64,000 bases of DNA from Chiloscyllium plagiosum (lineage: Eukaryota), in contig NC_057749.1 of assembly GCF_004010195.1 (NCBI RefSeq), positions 7,399,416 to 7,463,415 on the forward strand. The letters run 5' to 3'. Under the pieces are notes generated by a model that was not told the DNA's origin, did not search any database, and saw only the letters and a program-made list of their open reading frames with translations. Position numbers and translations under genes: made by a program. This document shows positions 24,178 through 36,162 of this stretch, in pieces; the first letter of the stretch is position 1, and every line of letters begins with the position of its first letter.

Positions 24178-25479
24178 CAATTCAGAATAAATAGCTGAGC
24201 ATTTACAGCTAAGCTGTGCAAGACAAATTTGGACTTACTCAAAAAGAGTCCGAAATTTTGGAATTCCCTCCCAGAACTCCATGTGGTGCTCCATTACAAA
24301 CTACATTTAACACTTGGATATGTTGTGTCATGTCTCCCTGTCTTATCTCAGTGCACCTTCAAGAAACACACTCACAGTAACGTCACTGTGTTATAGCATG
24401 TAACCTGATGGCATAAGGATCTCAGGCTCCATCTCAACTTAAGCCACTGATGTGCTGATAGAAGGGCATTACTCTGTGCAACAGAATATCTTTGTGTTAG
24501 CCCAGGCATGAAGGAACTCATGAACCTAACACTTGCAAATTTCAGAAACGGAGGAGACGTAAACGGCACTGAACACGGATGCAAACATTAGCTAACACCC
24601 CCACTTCTGACCTTACAATGGACAGAAGGGTCTGTTTCCATGTTGTACATCTCTATGACTCTGTGACTCTATAAGTTCATTGATAAAGCAGCTGAAGATG
24701 GTTGGACCTTGGACACTACCCTGCGGAACACCTGCAAAGATTCAATTCTGAACAGCAGCATGGGCATACAGCTTAACACCCTTGCTTAGTGTTCATTTCT
24801 CCATTACTTTAACTGGGACATTGCCCCATCCATTCTAAATGAGCTAACACCACCTTTAAAACAGTAGAGATTGGAGAGCCATGTTAATCCATAAAATCCA
24901 TCCACTAATATGACTCAATAATCTTTTGTGGGTCCAAGAATAAGAATGTGGAGTAGGACTTGTGTACAAATTTGTTTTTGGTTTCTGAGTGGAACAATGA
25001 ATGAGTGAACTTCCTGGTCAACCGCAATGACCCAACATTGACCATCTTTTGAAAAATCTGCTTATGAACTGAAGAAATGCATTATAAAAAGATTGCTGGG
25101 ATGTCTGTGTATACAATATACATAAGGAGAAGCATCAAATCTCTGTGCCATATCAGTACAAGCAGCATCCTGTCAGGATCCAGCTTATACTATGCTCTAA
25201 TATAGGTTTACACAGGTTTCTTGAGAAAACTAATTACAGCTCACCATGCTGACAGTAATACGTATTTTTCAATAAAGCAGTAATTTGATTTTTCTAATAT
25301 CCTGTTTCACCTGTCGGAACCCAGAGACTGCAGCAGCGCAAACTGAGACCTGTGTTGACTTGCCCTCTCATAAATCTGGTTCTGAAATGCCTCCTGCTTT
25401 AAATCATATTCTCACTTCATATTTCCCCCCCTTTTCTTTTTCTGTTTGGCGACAGCCTCCCCCTTGGCAAAAGGCGGCG

Positions 25480-25862
25480 AAGACTTACATTTTGATGGCG
25501 CCGTTCGCAACCCGAGAATGTCCCAAACAAAAACGTTCAGCAGCGGTTGGAGGGTGGCCGCTGTTGAAATGCAGGAAGCATGGCAGCCAATGAGCCCACA
25601 CTTATGATCGTTCTTGAATAACCCTCTTTGCCACATTGCATGATGGATACGTATTGGCCAGGGCAACTCCTCGCCCTCTTCTTCAAAATAATGTTTTCAG
25701 ACACATTTCGATGGGCAGACAGGCCTCAGCTGAACATCACATCAGAAAGAAACTGTTCCTTTGACAGTGCAGCGTTCACTCAGTATGGCACTGGTTTGTC
25801 AGCCATGCTGTTTGAATGCAAAACCTTCTAACCATAGCTCAGAGTGAGACCCACTGAGCTAC
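25480..25862 (-). mobile_element. DeuSINE-like copy, highly diverged
   Basis: gacttacattttgatggcgccgttc resembles the reverse complement of the tail; gacagtgcagcgttcactcagta resembles the reverse complement of the Deu core. Confidence 0.55.
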
Positions 25863-25924
25863 AGTGAAGGTGGACCTGCTTAAACTGGTCAACTATGGCA
25901 ACGTTCTTTGGGCAACTTGGTCAA

Positions 25925-26505
25925 AAACAGATCGATTCACTGAGCATCTGCACTCTGTACGCTCCAATCATCACCATCTTCCAGTTGTCAGCCATTTTAA
26001 TTGCCCCTCCTACTCCCTTGGCGATATGTCCATCCTAGGCCACCTCCACTATCAAAATGTGGTCACACGCAAACTGGAGGAACAACACCTTATATTCCAC
26101 CTCGGGATTTTGCAGCCCAATGGTCTCAACATAGAGTTCAACAGCTTCAAATTCTCCCCACCGCCAACCTCATCCCATGTCCAACCTCCGTCTCCTCCTT
26201 GCCTCCCTGACCTGGCTTATCCTGCCACCTTCCTTCTCACCTATCCACGCCACTCTTCCCACTGCCCAATCACAATCACCCACTTTCCTGCGTCCACCTA
26301 TTACCATCACATCTTTCCCCTTGCCCAACCCCCTCTTCCTATTTATTTCTGAGACCCCTTCCTGCTCCCCAGTCCTGATGAAGGGTCCTGACCCGAAATG
26401 TCAACTTGCTTGCTCCTCCGATGCTGTCTGACCGGCTGTGTTTTTCTAGCTCCACATTTATCGACTCTTGAGATCCAGCATCTGCAGTCCTTACTTTATT
26501 CTTAC
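25925..26505 (+). mobile_element. Penelope-like retroelement 3' part: GIY-YIG endonuclease C-terminus plus terminal repeat with decayed hammerhead
   Basis: RFTEHLHSVR...PVVSHFN...LGDMSIL...RKLEEQHLIFHLGILQPNGLNIEF is the PLE endonuclease C-terminal pattern. agtcctgatgaagggtcctgacccgaaatgtcaact at ~26371-26406. Confidence 0.9.
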
Positions 26506-26795
26506 CTCTTCCTGCCAGCTGTAGAATGTTATGGAAATACTGGCCTACAGCACAACATTTACTGAGCTTTTAAGCTAATGGAACGTTCAGCTATAGTTGG
26601 GAAACATGGTAAGGTTGGTGTGAAGGGGAGCATTTATTTCTTAGTTCTGAGATTTGCACCCAGGCCAATGTGAAGATGGTTAATCTCGGCTGGGGTGTGA
26701 GCTGGGCTCTCCAACACGCTTCTAGGCCTGTGGGAATGGAATGCGGACAGCAATGAGCCAATGGCCTAGCCGAATTATCGCTGGACTGTTAATCC

Positions 26796-26888
26796 TCATT
26801 CCTGGTGAAGAGATCCTGTTCGAAACATCGACTCTCCTGCTCCTCGAATGCTGCCTGACCGGCTGCTTTTTTCCAGCACCACACCCTT
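26796..26888 (+). mobile_element. Penelope-like fragment (family A), 12-bp TSD
   Basis: gactgttaatcc (26784-26795) / gactgttaaccc (26889-26900). Confidence 0.8.
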
Positions 26889-26913
26889 GACTGTTAACCC
26901 AGAGACCCAGGTA

Positions 26914-27068
26914 CAGGTCATTCTGCTATAGCGCACATGTTGTCAGCACAAATTGACGAATTGTGGACGTTATTTGGATAACACAAACTTTCTTCTGAAC
27001 GGGGATAGCGATTTTCTATAGTCATTTTCTATGGTGTGATTTTTGTCAGGTTATAGCAGAATTATTTG
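26914..27068. mobile_element. Tc1/mariner-pogo (Tigger-like) MITE
   Basis: TA TSD on both sides; TIRs caggtcattctgctatag / ttatagcagaattatttg; internal match to 61862-62049 in the opposite orientation. Confidence 0.8.
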
Positions 27069-27107
27069 TAATGTTTTGGGTACCGGGGTTCAACTCCCCC
27101 CCCACGG

Positions 27108-29564
27108 TACTGCCACAACATCAGAGAAGTCATTATTGGAATGGAGTTTCATATAATTGACCTCTTTTTTTTGGAGGCTCAAGTCCGGTCTTCCCAAAGT
27201 GAGGAGAGGTCAGGACTCTAACTCTGAGAAAGAAATGATCACTCTGGAGCTTACTATGAGCTATGATGGCTGTCCTCTCTGTCTAAGAGGTGCCTGCTCC
27301 CTCCGTTGTAGAGTCAACTTGAAACACAGCAAATTTGCAAAGATTACACTTTGGCCATTTCAGAATGACTCAGACCTCAGGTGTGGCAGCCCCTGCATGT
27401 GGAATCGCACTTGACACTTTACATGTGCAGATGGTGGAATTTGAATTCAATAAATATCTGAAATTAAGTGCAAAATGATGACTATGAATCGATTGTTGGA
27501 AAAACCTATCGGGTTTGCTAATGTCCTTTCGGGAAGGAGACTGCTATCCATACCTGGTCTGACCAACATGTGACTCCAGACCCACAGCAATGTGGTTGAC
27601 TCTTAAAATACCCTCTGGGCAATTAGGGATGGACAATAAATGCTGCATAGCCAGCGATACACTCATCCCGTGAATGAATTTAAAAAGTTGTCTATTCCCA
27701 TTCAACAATAAACTATATTTGAAAAGTTGTGAGGGATTGCGACAGGAAGTGAAGCTATTCCTAATAGCAGGTTTAAAGTAAACAGCAAGGCAACCAGCTG
27801 GGACATCAGAAGGAATTCTCTATGCAAGGGTTTTTTTTATGATCTGGCATGCACAGACTAAAAAGGGCTGAGGAAGCAGATTCAATCAGAACAGTCAAAA
27901 CAGAACAATCTTTCTAAGGGTATAGGACAGAGTGAGGGAGTGGGACGAATTGGATAGACAGATCAAAGAGCTATCACGCATACAATGGGCCAAATGGCGT
28001 CCTGCTGCAGTGTGAAACTCCAATGCAATGCGATCACTGGTTGGAAACACAACCGGATAGCTAGGGCCTACAGTTGACCAATAGGTCAATTATAGTCATC
28101 CATCTAGGCATAAGCGTGAGGAAGAAGGAGTTACTGGAGAGTGGTCACTCATGCAGATTTCTAATAAGCTTGCAGGAGTGATGTAGTAGTAACATCACTG
28201 GACAAGTTAAGCATGACCACTGGCTAACATTCTGGGAAGATGGGTTCAAATCCCACCATCGCAGATGGTGAAATTTGAATTCAATAGAGGAAATACGCAA
28301 TTAAAAGAAAAATAGCCCAATGATGATTGTATGTCAACGGTAGTAAAAAAAACTACACATGTTTTACTCATATACTGTTGTGGGGCGGATTGGCCATCTT
28401 TATCTGGTCCGGCCTACAACAAGTGGCTGACCTTTAATTGGCTTTTAGGCTATTAAGGATGGGTAATAAGTGCTGATTGAGCCAATGGCACTCACGTCAC
28501 ATAAACAAATTAAAACAAAACAATTAGTATTATCAACAGAAGAGAAGAAAGGTACACAGATGGAAACATAGTTCACCTGATCCCAGATACTGAGACTTAG
28601 CTTACACCTCTTTTCAAATTATTTACTATTCTGAATGCATCAATGTCACAGGTTCTGAATATTAATTATTTAAAAGTGAAGCTTTTAATTCACAATTAAA
28701 TCTCCAACAACCTACTATAATTTCAGAGTATTACTCCAGTAATCTCAGTCTGGCACACATTTGTGATGTTTACCACAAAGAAGGAGCCATGTTTTGAAGG
28801 TGCCTCAAAGGACCATAGTTGGCACTATCCGAGTACTGTTGGAGTAACCTTCACATTTACTCTCCATGTTGGCAAAATGTGCATTTCCCTTACTCCTGCT
28901 GTTGATGAAGCAGATTACAACATCAGGAAACGTCAAAAAATTCCTTTTCTGCTTGAGTCATAGTGTCTAAATTGTGCAAAATAATTATAAAAACATATTC
29001 ACAACTGTGTAATTCAGGTGAAAGAGCTTTCAAGAAAATTCATGTTGGAAATGTAAAAACTAAAAGGCATAAATACTGTTAACAGCACTAACACAACCCT
29101 TACCGTGTAAGAAGCTTGGATTGGGGACTATCAGATCAGCCATGACTTAACGAATGGTGAAGCAGACTCAATGGGCCAAATGGCCTACTTCAGCTACTAG
29201 AGTTCTGGTCTTTTTGATCTATCCAGGCACCTGGCGAGAACATGCAGGTGTAAAGTATCGAGGGCTATCCCACACGCAGGGACAGCCACACATGTGGTCT
29301 GAGTCATTCTGAAATAGCCAAAGTGTAATCTTTGCCAATTTGCCGTGCTTCAAGTTGACTCCAGAACGGAGGGAGCAGGCACCTCTGAGACAGAGAGCTC
29401 AACCATCGTAGCTCACAAAGAGCCCCAGTGTGGTCACGTCTTTCTCAGAGGTGGGGCCCTGACCCCTCTCCACTTTGGGGAGGCCTGACTTGAGTCTCAA
29501 AAGAAAAGAGGTCAATTATATAAAACTCCATTCCAATAATGGCCTTTCTGATATTGTGGCAATG
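27108..29564. repeat. Dispersed inverted repeat: ~320 bp arms at 27108-27429 and 29244-29564
   Basis: Manual alignment gives about 80% identity (e.g. cattattggaatggagttt.atataattgacctctttt). Confidence 0.92.
28180..28520 (+). mobile_element. tRNA-derived SINE family B, diverged
   Basis: gggttcaaatcccaccatcgcagatggtgaaatttgaattcaat...ggatgggtaataagtgctg. Confidence 0.75.
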
Positions 29565-30309
29565 CTCCTATCTCTTGACCAGGATGCCTGGGGGTCAGGT
29601 CCTACCTTCTACCAAGGTATGTAACAACATCACTGAACAGGTAGATTAGAAAATATCAAAGTTATTGCCAAGGTTCCAATAGTGAGCACACTTTAAAAGT
29701 ATTTAAGGAGCCACGAACAAATTTGGCATTTTGAGATGTGAGAGATACTATATAGCATGTCTTTTTGCTTTGGATTAAAGTCAACATTACAAGATTTCGG
29801 CATCGGTGTTTTCCATTCCATCCACTCAAATTTTCACTGAATGGTTACAAACAAATATGATAAAATGCCACAGAATTCCTGCTCAGGTGACAGCAAGTTC
29901 TAATCAATGCAACAAAGGAGTGTCGAACCAAGGTCAGAGTTCATTCTCTTCCTTGCCTTGGTTGATACTTGTTCTAGGACTGCACATGAAAAGCCTTACA
30001 TCACAACAGCCGTCTGGCCACTTTCCCCATTTTTTCCAATACTGACAGAAAAAGAACTGTTGCAATCTTTGACTAATGTATCAATGATCCACTGCACCAA
30101 TATTCCACTGGCTCCACAGGACTGGGTTCAAAGTTTGTCTTTTGCTCCTCAAATCCCTTGTCAGCTTTACTCATTCTGATTTGAATGAGCTTCCGAAGAC
30201 ACACATTCAAGTGTTCACTGCTCTGTGTTGAAGATCAAAAAGCACAATCACTTCAACGTGACAATTTTGGTTTTGTTAATCAGCAGCACAACATTTATAC
30301 AATTTACCT

Positions 30310-31300
30310 AAACCCTCAGTGTCAACATCCTGAGGATTAGCATTGACCAGAAACTCAACTGGAGCAGTCATGCAAACACAGTAGCTACAAGAGTACAGTG
30401 AGTGGCACGGTGGCTCAGTGGTTAGCACTACTGCCTCACAGTGGCAGGGACCCAGGTTCGAATCCAGACATGGCCAACCGTCTGTGTGGAGTTTGTACGT
30501 TCTCCCTGTGTCTGTGTGGGTTTCCCCTGGGTGCTCTGGTTTCCTCCCATAATCTGAAGGTGTACAGGCCAGGTGAATTGGCCATGGGAAATTGCCCATA
30601 GTGCCCAGGGATTTGTAGATTAGATGCATTAATTAGTGGTAAATGTAGGGGAATGGGTTGGTATGGACTTGTTGGGCTGAAAGGCCTGTTTCCACACTGT
30701 AGGGATTCTATGATCAAGAGCAAGTCAGAAACTAGGAATACTCTGTTGAGCAACTCACTTCCTTACTCCCCAAAGCCTGTCCACCATCTCCAAGTAACAA
30801 TACTCTCCACTTGCCTGGACGGGTGCAGCTCCAACAACACTCAAGAAGCTCGATATCATCCAGGACAAAGCAGCCCATTTGGCTGGAACCACCTCCGCCA
30901 TGAATACTCAGTGACACAAACTACAAGATGCAAATGTGGAAACTCACCAAACCTTTGAGACAGCACTTTCCAAAGACATGACCACTTTCATTTGGAAAGA
31001 CAGGGGCAGCAGATACACAGAACACCACCAATGATATATTTCCAAGGCAGGCTGGTGAACATCTTGGAGGCAGGTTTCCCCTCCAAGCTGTTCACCAGCC
31101 TGCTTTGGAAATATATCATCGGTCTTTCAATGTGGCTCAGGCCAAAATCCTGGAACTCCCTCCATAAAATAATTGTGGGTCTACCTACAGCACATGGACT
31201 GCAGCATTTCAAGAAGCCAGCTCACCACCACTTTTACAAGAGTAACTAGGGACAGACAATAAATGCTAGCCCAGCCAGCGACACCCACATCCCGCAAGTA
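30310..31300 (+). mobile_element. L2/Crack-like LINE 3' fragment with nested HE1 and internal hairpin
   Basis: attgaccagaaactcaactgg...ctcaagaagctcgatatcatccaggacaaagcagc...caataaatgctagcccagccagcgac. Confidence 0.8.
30402..30714 (+). mobile_element. HE1-type V-SINE
   Basis: Full head, V-domain and tail; caagag repeated at both flanks. Confidence 0.9.
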
Positions 31301-31408
31301 CTTTAAATATAATCAGCTGAGGTAGGGAAAGCATTAATTACATTGAAGAAACGTCACACTGTGGCTTCATCTTGGCATGAGGCTGCAAGGGTGAACAAAA
31401 TCATGTGA

Positions 31409-31534
31409 TGATTTGGAGATGCCGGTGTTGGACTGGGGTGTACACAACCACCTGATGAAGGAGCAACGCTCCGAAAGCTAGTGCTTCCAAATAAAACTGT
31501 TGGACTATAATCTGGTGTTGTGTGATTTTTAATT
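31409..31534. mobile_element. Penelope-like element (family C) with 5' inversion and 12-bp TSD
   Basis: aaaatcatgtga at 31397-31408 and 31535-31546; inverted 3' segment followed by the hammerhead-bearing segment. Confidence 0.85.
31449..31483 (+). ncRNA. Minimal type I hammerhead ribozyme motif (PLE-associated)
   Basis: cac-CTGATGA-a-GGAGC-aac-GCTCC-GAAA-g-cTA-gtg: intact core, 5-bp stem II, stem I cac/gtg, palindromic AGCT stem III. Activity is untested. Confidence 0.75.
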
Positions 31535-32731
31535 AAAATCATGTGACATTGCATAACTCCTTGTGACGACATCTACATCTCCTCAGCCTGTTACACAGTC
31601 AGACTTAACTCTTGGTATTACATTGACTCATGAAAACCCCACTTCAAGCTGAAAGGTAAATTAGCCTCTTCAGGAGGAGAGGTTGGGGGGGAGGGGCAGA
31701 CAATTGAAATGGAGTTGGTAGCAGAGGAAATGGTGTATCTGGTAGAATTTGAGTTAATACCATGCCTCAATGTGTTCAGCAAAATGCACGCACCATAGAA
31801 AGGATATTGTCCCTATTGAAGCCTTCTGCAGGATGAGTGCACAAGGGCTGTTGCCTCTTTAATTGGCTGTGCAGAAGACGATAAATCCAGCTTGCTGAAC
31901 AACAGCAGTCTCCAATTACTTTGCTGTTGTCTAGGAAACAATCAGAGGCCTGATGATTGCCAGACAGGCAACTGCACTCAACTCATCAGGTCCGTGTTGA
32001 AAGAAGGTCCAAGATTGTTTAACAATCAGGCGTGCGCTTGGCACTTAGTCACAATGTGACAACCTGAAATGAGGTGTCTTATAAAGTTCAGTGCCTTTTC
32101 AACCATGGTTTTCATTGTTGCAACATGCAAGAACCATCAAGCACGATTATACTTGTACTGTTAAGATGGTTTCAAAGTTACAATCGTCACAGGTATGGTG
32201 GGCCAAAGGGCCTGTTCCTATTGTCCTCTAATGGTGCAGTACAAAGAACATCATTCTGTTTTGGGCAGGATTTTAGAATTAAAAGTGAATTTAATCACAC
32301 TGTCGTGTTCCTCTATATTGTACTGTAAATCTTATCGTTTCAAGCATTTAGTCATTTGCTACTGAACATTACAACTACATCTGTTTCTACTGCATTTTCA
32401 GGGACTCCAAGTTTCCTTTAATTTCTATGTATGTCACAATACAGTTCTCCTGCATAATTGGGTGTGTTTCATGTCTGCTCTTTCCCCATCAAATCAAAAA
32501 TTAAGTGATTTTGAATCAAGGTATATATATTCTCTTTCTAAATAGCTAAAGTTGTGCAATCACACAACACACACATCCTCTTTAAAGCACAGGAAACCTT
32601 TGAAGGAAATTAGATTGCTCATTTAGAGCAGGTGGCTGGTTAATCCAGGTTCAATTAAAATGGAATAAATAATGTGTGTGGAGTGAAAGCTTTAAGATGC
32701 ACAAAGTGGCTTCCGATTCTTGAAGGATGAA

Positions 32732-33082
32732 TCATAGGATCTCTACATTGCGGAAACAGGCCGTTCAGACCATCAAGTCCACACCAACCCTCTGAAGAGT
32801 ACCACACCCAGACCCACACCATCCATGTGACCCTGCATTTCCCATGGCTAACCCATCTAACCTACATAGCACTACCCACTAAGGGGCAATTTAGCATAAC
32901 CCATCCACCTAACCTGTGCATCTTTGGACTGTGGGAGGAATCCAGAACACCTAGAAAAAACCCCATTCAGATACAGGGAGAACGTGCAAACTCCACATAA
33001 ACAGTTGCCTGTGACTGGAATCAAACCCAGATCCCTGGTATTGTAAGGCAGCAGTGCGAATGACAAAGCCACCCTGCCACCC
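32732..33082 (-). mobile_element. HE1-type V-SINE
   Basis: Reverse complement of HE1 consensus. Confidence 0.88.
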
Positions 33083-33394
33083 AATTCTGACTGTTGCAGG
33101 GCTGTAGCTTGTGCTACCTCAGATCCCTCTGAGGTAGCTTTTACTGGTGCAGTTACAGAATGGAGCAGCCCAATTGCACAAAGTAAGTTTCCGTAATGAG
33201 AAAACGGTCAAAAAAGCTACATTGGTGACATTGGTCGAAGGATGCTTCTTAAGGCAGAATCACTGGCTTTTACTGGAAAACTTGGAGAGGTAATTTTCAA
33301 TGCAACTAGTCAGTATCTCTGGCAGAAGCATCAGAGCTAGAGTTCAATGGGTCAACAGCAGGAACTACAGCCATCGACTCGAGAGACTCAATGA

Positions 33395-33685
33395 CTCATA
33401 GAGACGCACAGCATGGAAAAAGACCCTCCGGTCTGACTTGTCCATGCCAACCAGATATCCTAAATTAATCTAGTCCCATTTGCCAGCATTTGGCCCATAT
33501 CCCTCTAAACCCTTCCTATTCATGTCCCCAACCAAATGCCTTTTAAATGTTGTAATTGTACCAGCCTCCACTGCTTCCTGTGAAAATGTTGCCCCTTGGG
33601 TCCCTTTTATATCTTTCCCCTCTCACCTTAAACCTATGCCCTCTCGTTCTGGACTCCCCCACCCCAGGGAAAAGATCCTGTCTAT
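33395..33685 (-). mobile_element. HER1/CR1 3' fragment
   Basis: Same 3' sequence as 4390 and 41865. Confidence 0.85.
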
Positions 33686-33975
33686 GTACCTTTGCTTAAG
33701 ATCAGTTGCAAACTGGGCTTGGGGCCTTTTTGTTCCTGATATCTTGGTGTCCTATCAGTTGGTTCCTCTTTTTATTTGTACACTGAGAGCTGAGGGGTTG
33801 GCTTTAGTGGCTGCATTAAAATCACACATTCAGACACCCACAGCCACAAGAGTTCTAATCTGCTACAACGTGCTGGCCCCCTTAGCCCATTGTAACAAAT
33901 AGATGTGCCATTATCAGGTGCTAAATCTCGGATGAGCTCAGAGCATCATGCCTTTTGGAAGCAAAGTTACGTGAG

Positions 33976-34318
33976 GGGCAGCACTGTGGCTCAGTAATTA
34001 GCACGGATGCCTCGCAGCGCCAAGGACCTGGGTTCGATTCCACCCTCAGGAAACTGTCTGTTTGGAGTTTGCACGTTGTCTGCGTGGGTTTCCTCTGGAT
34101 GATCCAGTTTTCTCCCACAGTCCAAAGCTGTGCAGGTTAGGTGAGTTGGCCATGCTAAATTGCCCATTATGTCCAGGGATATGTAGGCTAGGTAGGTTAG
34201 CCACAGGAAATACAGGGTTACAGGTATAGAGTAGGAGATTGGGTCTGGGTGGGATGCACTTTGGAGGGTCAATGGGGACTTGATGGGCTGAATGGCCAGC
34301 TTCCATACTGTAAGCATT
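33976..34318 (+). mobile_element. HE1-type V-SINE
   Basis: Head, V-domain and tail recognisable. Confidence 0.88.
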
Positions 34319-35031
34319 CTTTTCTACAAAGGTACAATAAACACTTGTCAATCAGAGGCACCTAACTCTGTTCCAGCACCATTCTACCTCATTCTATATC
34401 ACACAATCTGGGTGAGTGCTTTCAGCTAATAAAGTGTCACAGAATACAGTGCTGTTTGGCATCATTGTATAACATGAAGTGAGGCATGCTGTTTTAAATA
34501 AAGTTGGCATCATGCACCATAACATAGTAATCTTAAGGAACTAACGGATTACACAGCATAATCTGTTGTTCTGAATGAAACATTAAGCTAAACAAACAGC
34601 CCCGAATCACCACAGTATCATGCAACATCCACCTTTTTCCTTTACACATCAGTAAGTAACCATGCAGCATTTTCCCAGATCATTTTACCCGCCTTTAAAG
34701 CAACATAACACCCATGCGGCACCATCACTGCTTCAGTCTAATGCATTTCATAACACATTACCTTTCTGGTCATACAGCCATATAACTGGCAACAACTTCC
34801 ATTTATACAATCTCACTTAATGGAGACGAGCATTCCAAGGGAGCTTGTGGGAGCATTAAAAAAAAAATCCACTGCACCAGAGATGTTGGAGAGAAGGTGA
34901 CCAAAACTTTTGTCAGGCAGGGTAAGGAAACCCCTTCAATGTATAGATACATTTGGGATAGCAAATCCAGCAGTCACAGCCTTCCTTGGCAGAAGACATG
35001 TCTCCTCATAGTGGTGTGAAGATGACACAGA

Positions 35032-35352
35032 GTGATAAAGTCATTCGGCACAGAAACACACTCTTTGATCCAACTTGTCCATTCCGACCAAGTTTCCCAA
35101 ACTAAACTAGTCCTTAATCCCTCTAAATCTTTCCTATTCATAAACTTGTCCAAATGTCATTTAAATGTTGTAATTGTACCTGCATCTACCACATCTTCTG
35201 GCAGTTCATTCCCCATGTGAACCACCCTCTGTCTGAAAACGTTGCCCCCCGGATCCTTTTTTAGATCTTTCTCTCTCTCAACTTTAAAACAGGCCTCTGG
35301 TTTTGAATTCCCCATACCCTTTGCTATTCACCGTATCTATGCCTCTCATGAC
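35032..35352 (-). mobile_element. HER1/CR1 3' fragment
   Basis: ttaaatgttgtaattgtacctgcatctaccacatcttctggcagttcattcc. Confidence 0.82.
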
Positions 35353-35947
35353 TAGCTCCAAGGAATGCAGGATTTTGGAAGATTGTGGAGCTTAAGGAAG
35401 GTACAGAGATATTGAACAGGAGGCCATGAGTGGATTAAATCCAAATATGAGAGTTTTAAATTGAAGATAACTGGAAACTATAAACACCAAGCACAAAGAG
35501 TGGTGTGGTTAGCCTATGGGTAAGGTGGATTGGTATGAGCTGAGCTGATATTCACAGCAGGTGAAGGGCTGACAAGCAGAGCATTGGAACAATCATGTCC
35601 AGAGAGTGACTGAGAAATGGATGAAGGTGTCAGCAATAGTTGGACAAAGATAAGTGCAAGTAGGTGGTCTTAGTGCTGGAGGGAATATTGAGCTGAATTC
35701 TGAGTGCCAGGCCAAAGAAAACATCAAGATTGTGAACGTTATCTCTAATTGCAGACAGTGATCGAGTAGGCGTTGGAGAAAGGTGGCAAGAATTTTAAGC
35801 TTCTTTTGAGAGTGAAGTCAACAGTATTAATCTTTCGCATGCTTAAGTGAAGGAAACTGCAACTCACCCAGTTGTCAGATGAAGAGGTAGGTAACACAGA
35901 GATAGATGAGGAAAGGAAAAGATACAGGTGGGCAGAGTACATACTGA

Positions 35948-36162
35948 GGAGAAAGTGAGGTCTGCAGATGCTGGAGATCAGAGATGCAAATGTGTTGCTG
36001 GAAAAGCGCAGCAGGTCAGGCAGCATCTAGGGAACAGGAGAATCGACGTTTCGGGCATTAGCCCTTCATCAGGAATTAAGAGTTTATGCATGAAACATTG
36101 ACTTTCCTGCTCCTCAGATGCTGCCTGACTGGCTGTGCTTTTCCAGTGCTACACTTTTTGAC
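35948..36162. mobile_element. Penelope-like fold-back element (family A)
   Basis: Left arm on minus (gagaaagtgaggtctgcagatgctgg...cccttcatcagga), right arm on plus (gaaacattgactttcctgctcctcagatgctgcctgac). Confidence 0.85.
36041..36076 (-). ncRNA. Minimal hammerhead ribozyme motif (PLE family A)
   Basis: Minus strand reads attc-CTGATGA-a-GGGC-taat-GCCC-GAAAC-GTC-gatt; core intact, stem I weak. Confidence 0.65.

Larger units (their letters stand above)
26762..27686 (+). mobile_element. SINE family B copy carrying three nested insertions
   Basis: SINE segments at 26762-26795, 26889-26913, 27069-27107 and 27427-27686 join into one consensus copy. Confidence 0.85.

Noticed and set aside
24373..24390. 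Short palindromes (cacagtaacgtcactgtg; also 21500-21537 and 53533-53568)
   Set aside because: Too short or low in complexity to distinguish from chance.
27108..29564. Interpretation as a 2.4-kb DNA transposon with long TIRs
   Set aside because: No TSD; the left arm interrupts a SINE that resumes inside the supposed element, and the right arm continues into an intact SINE outside it.
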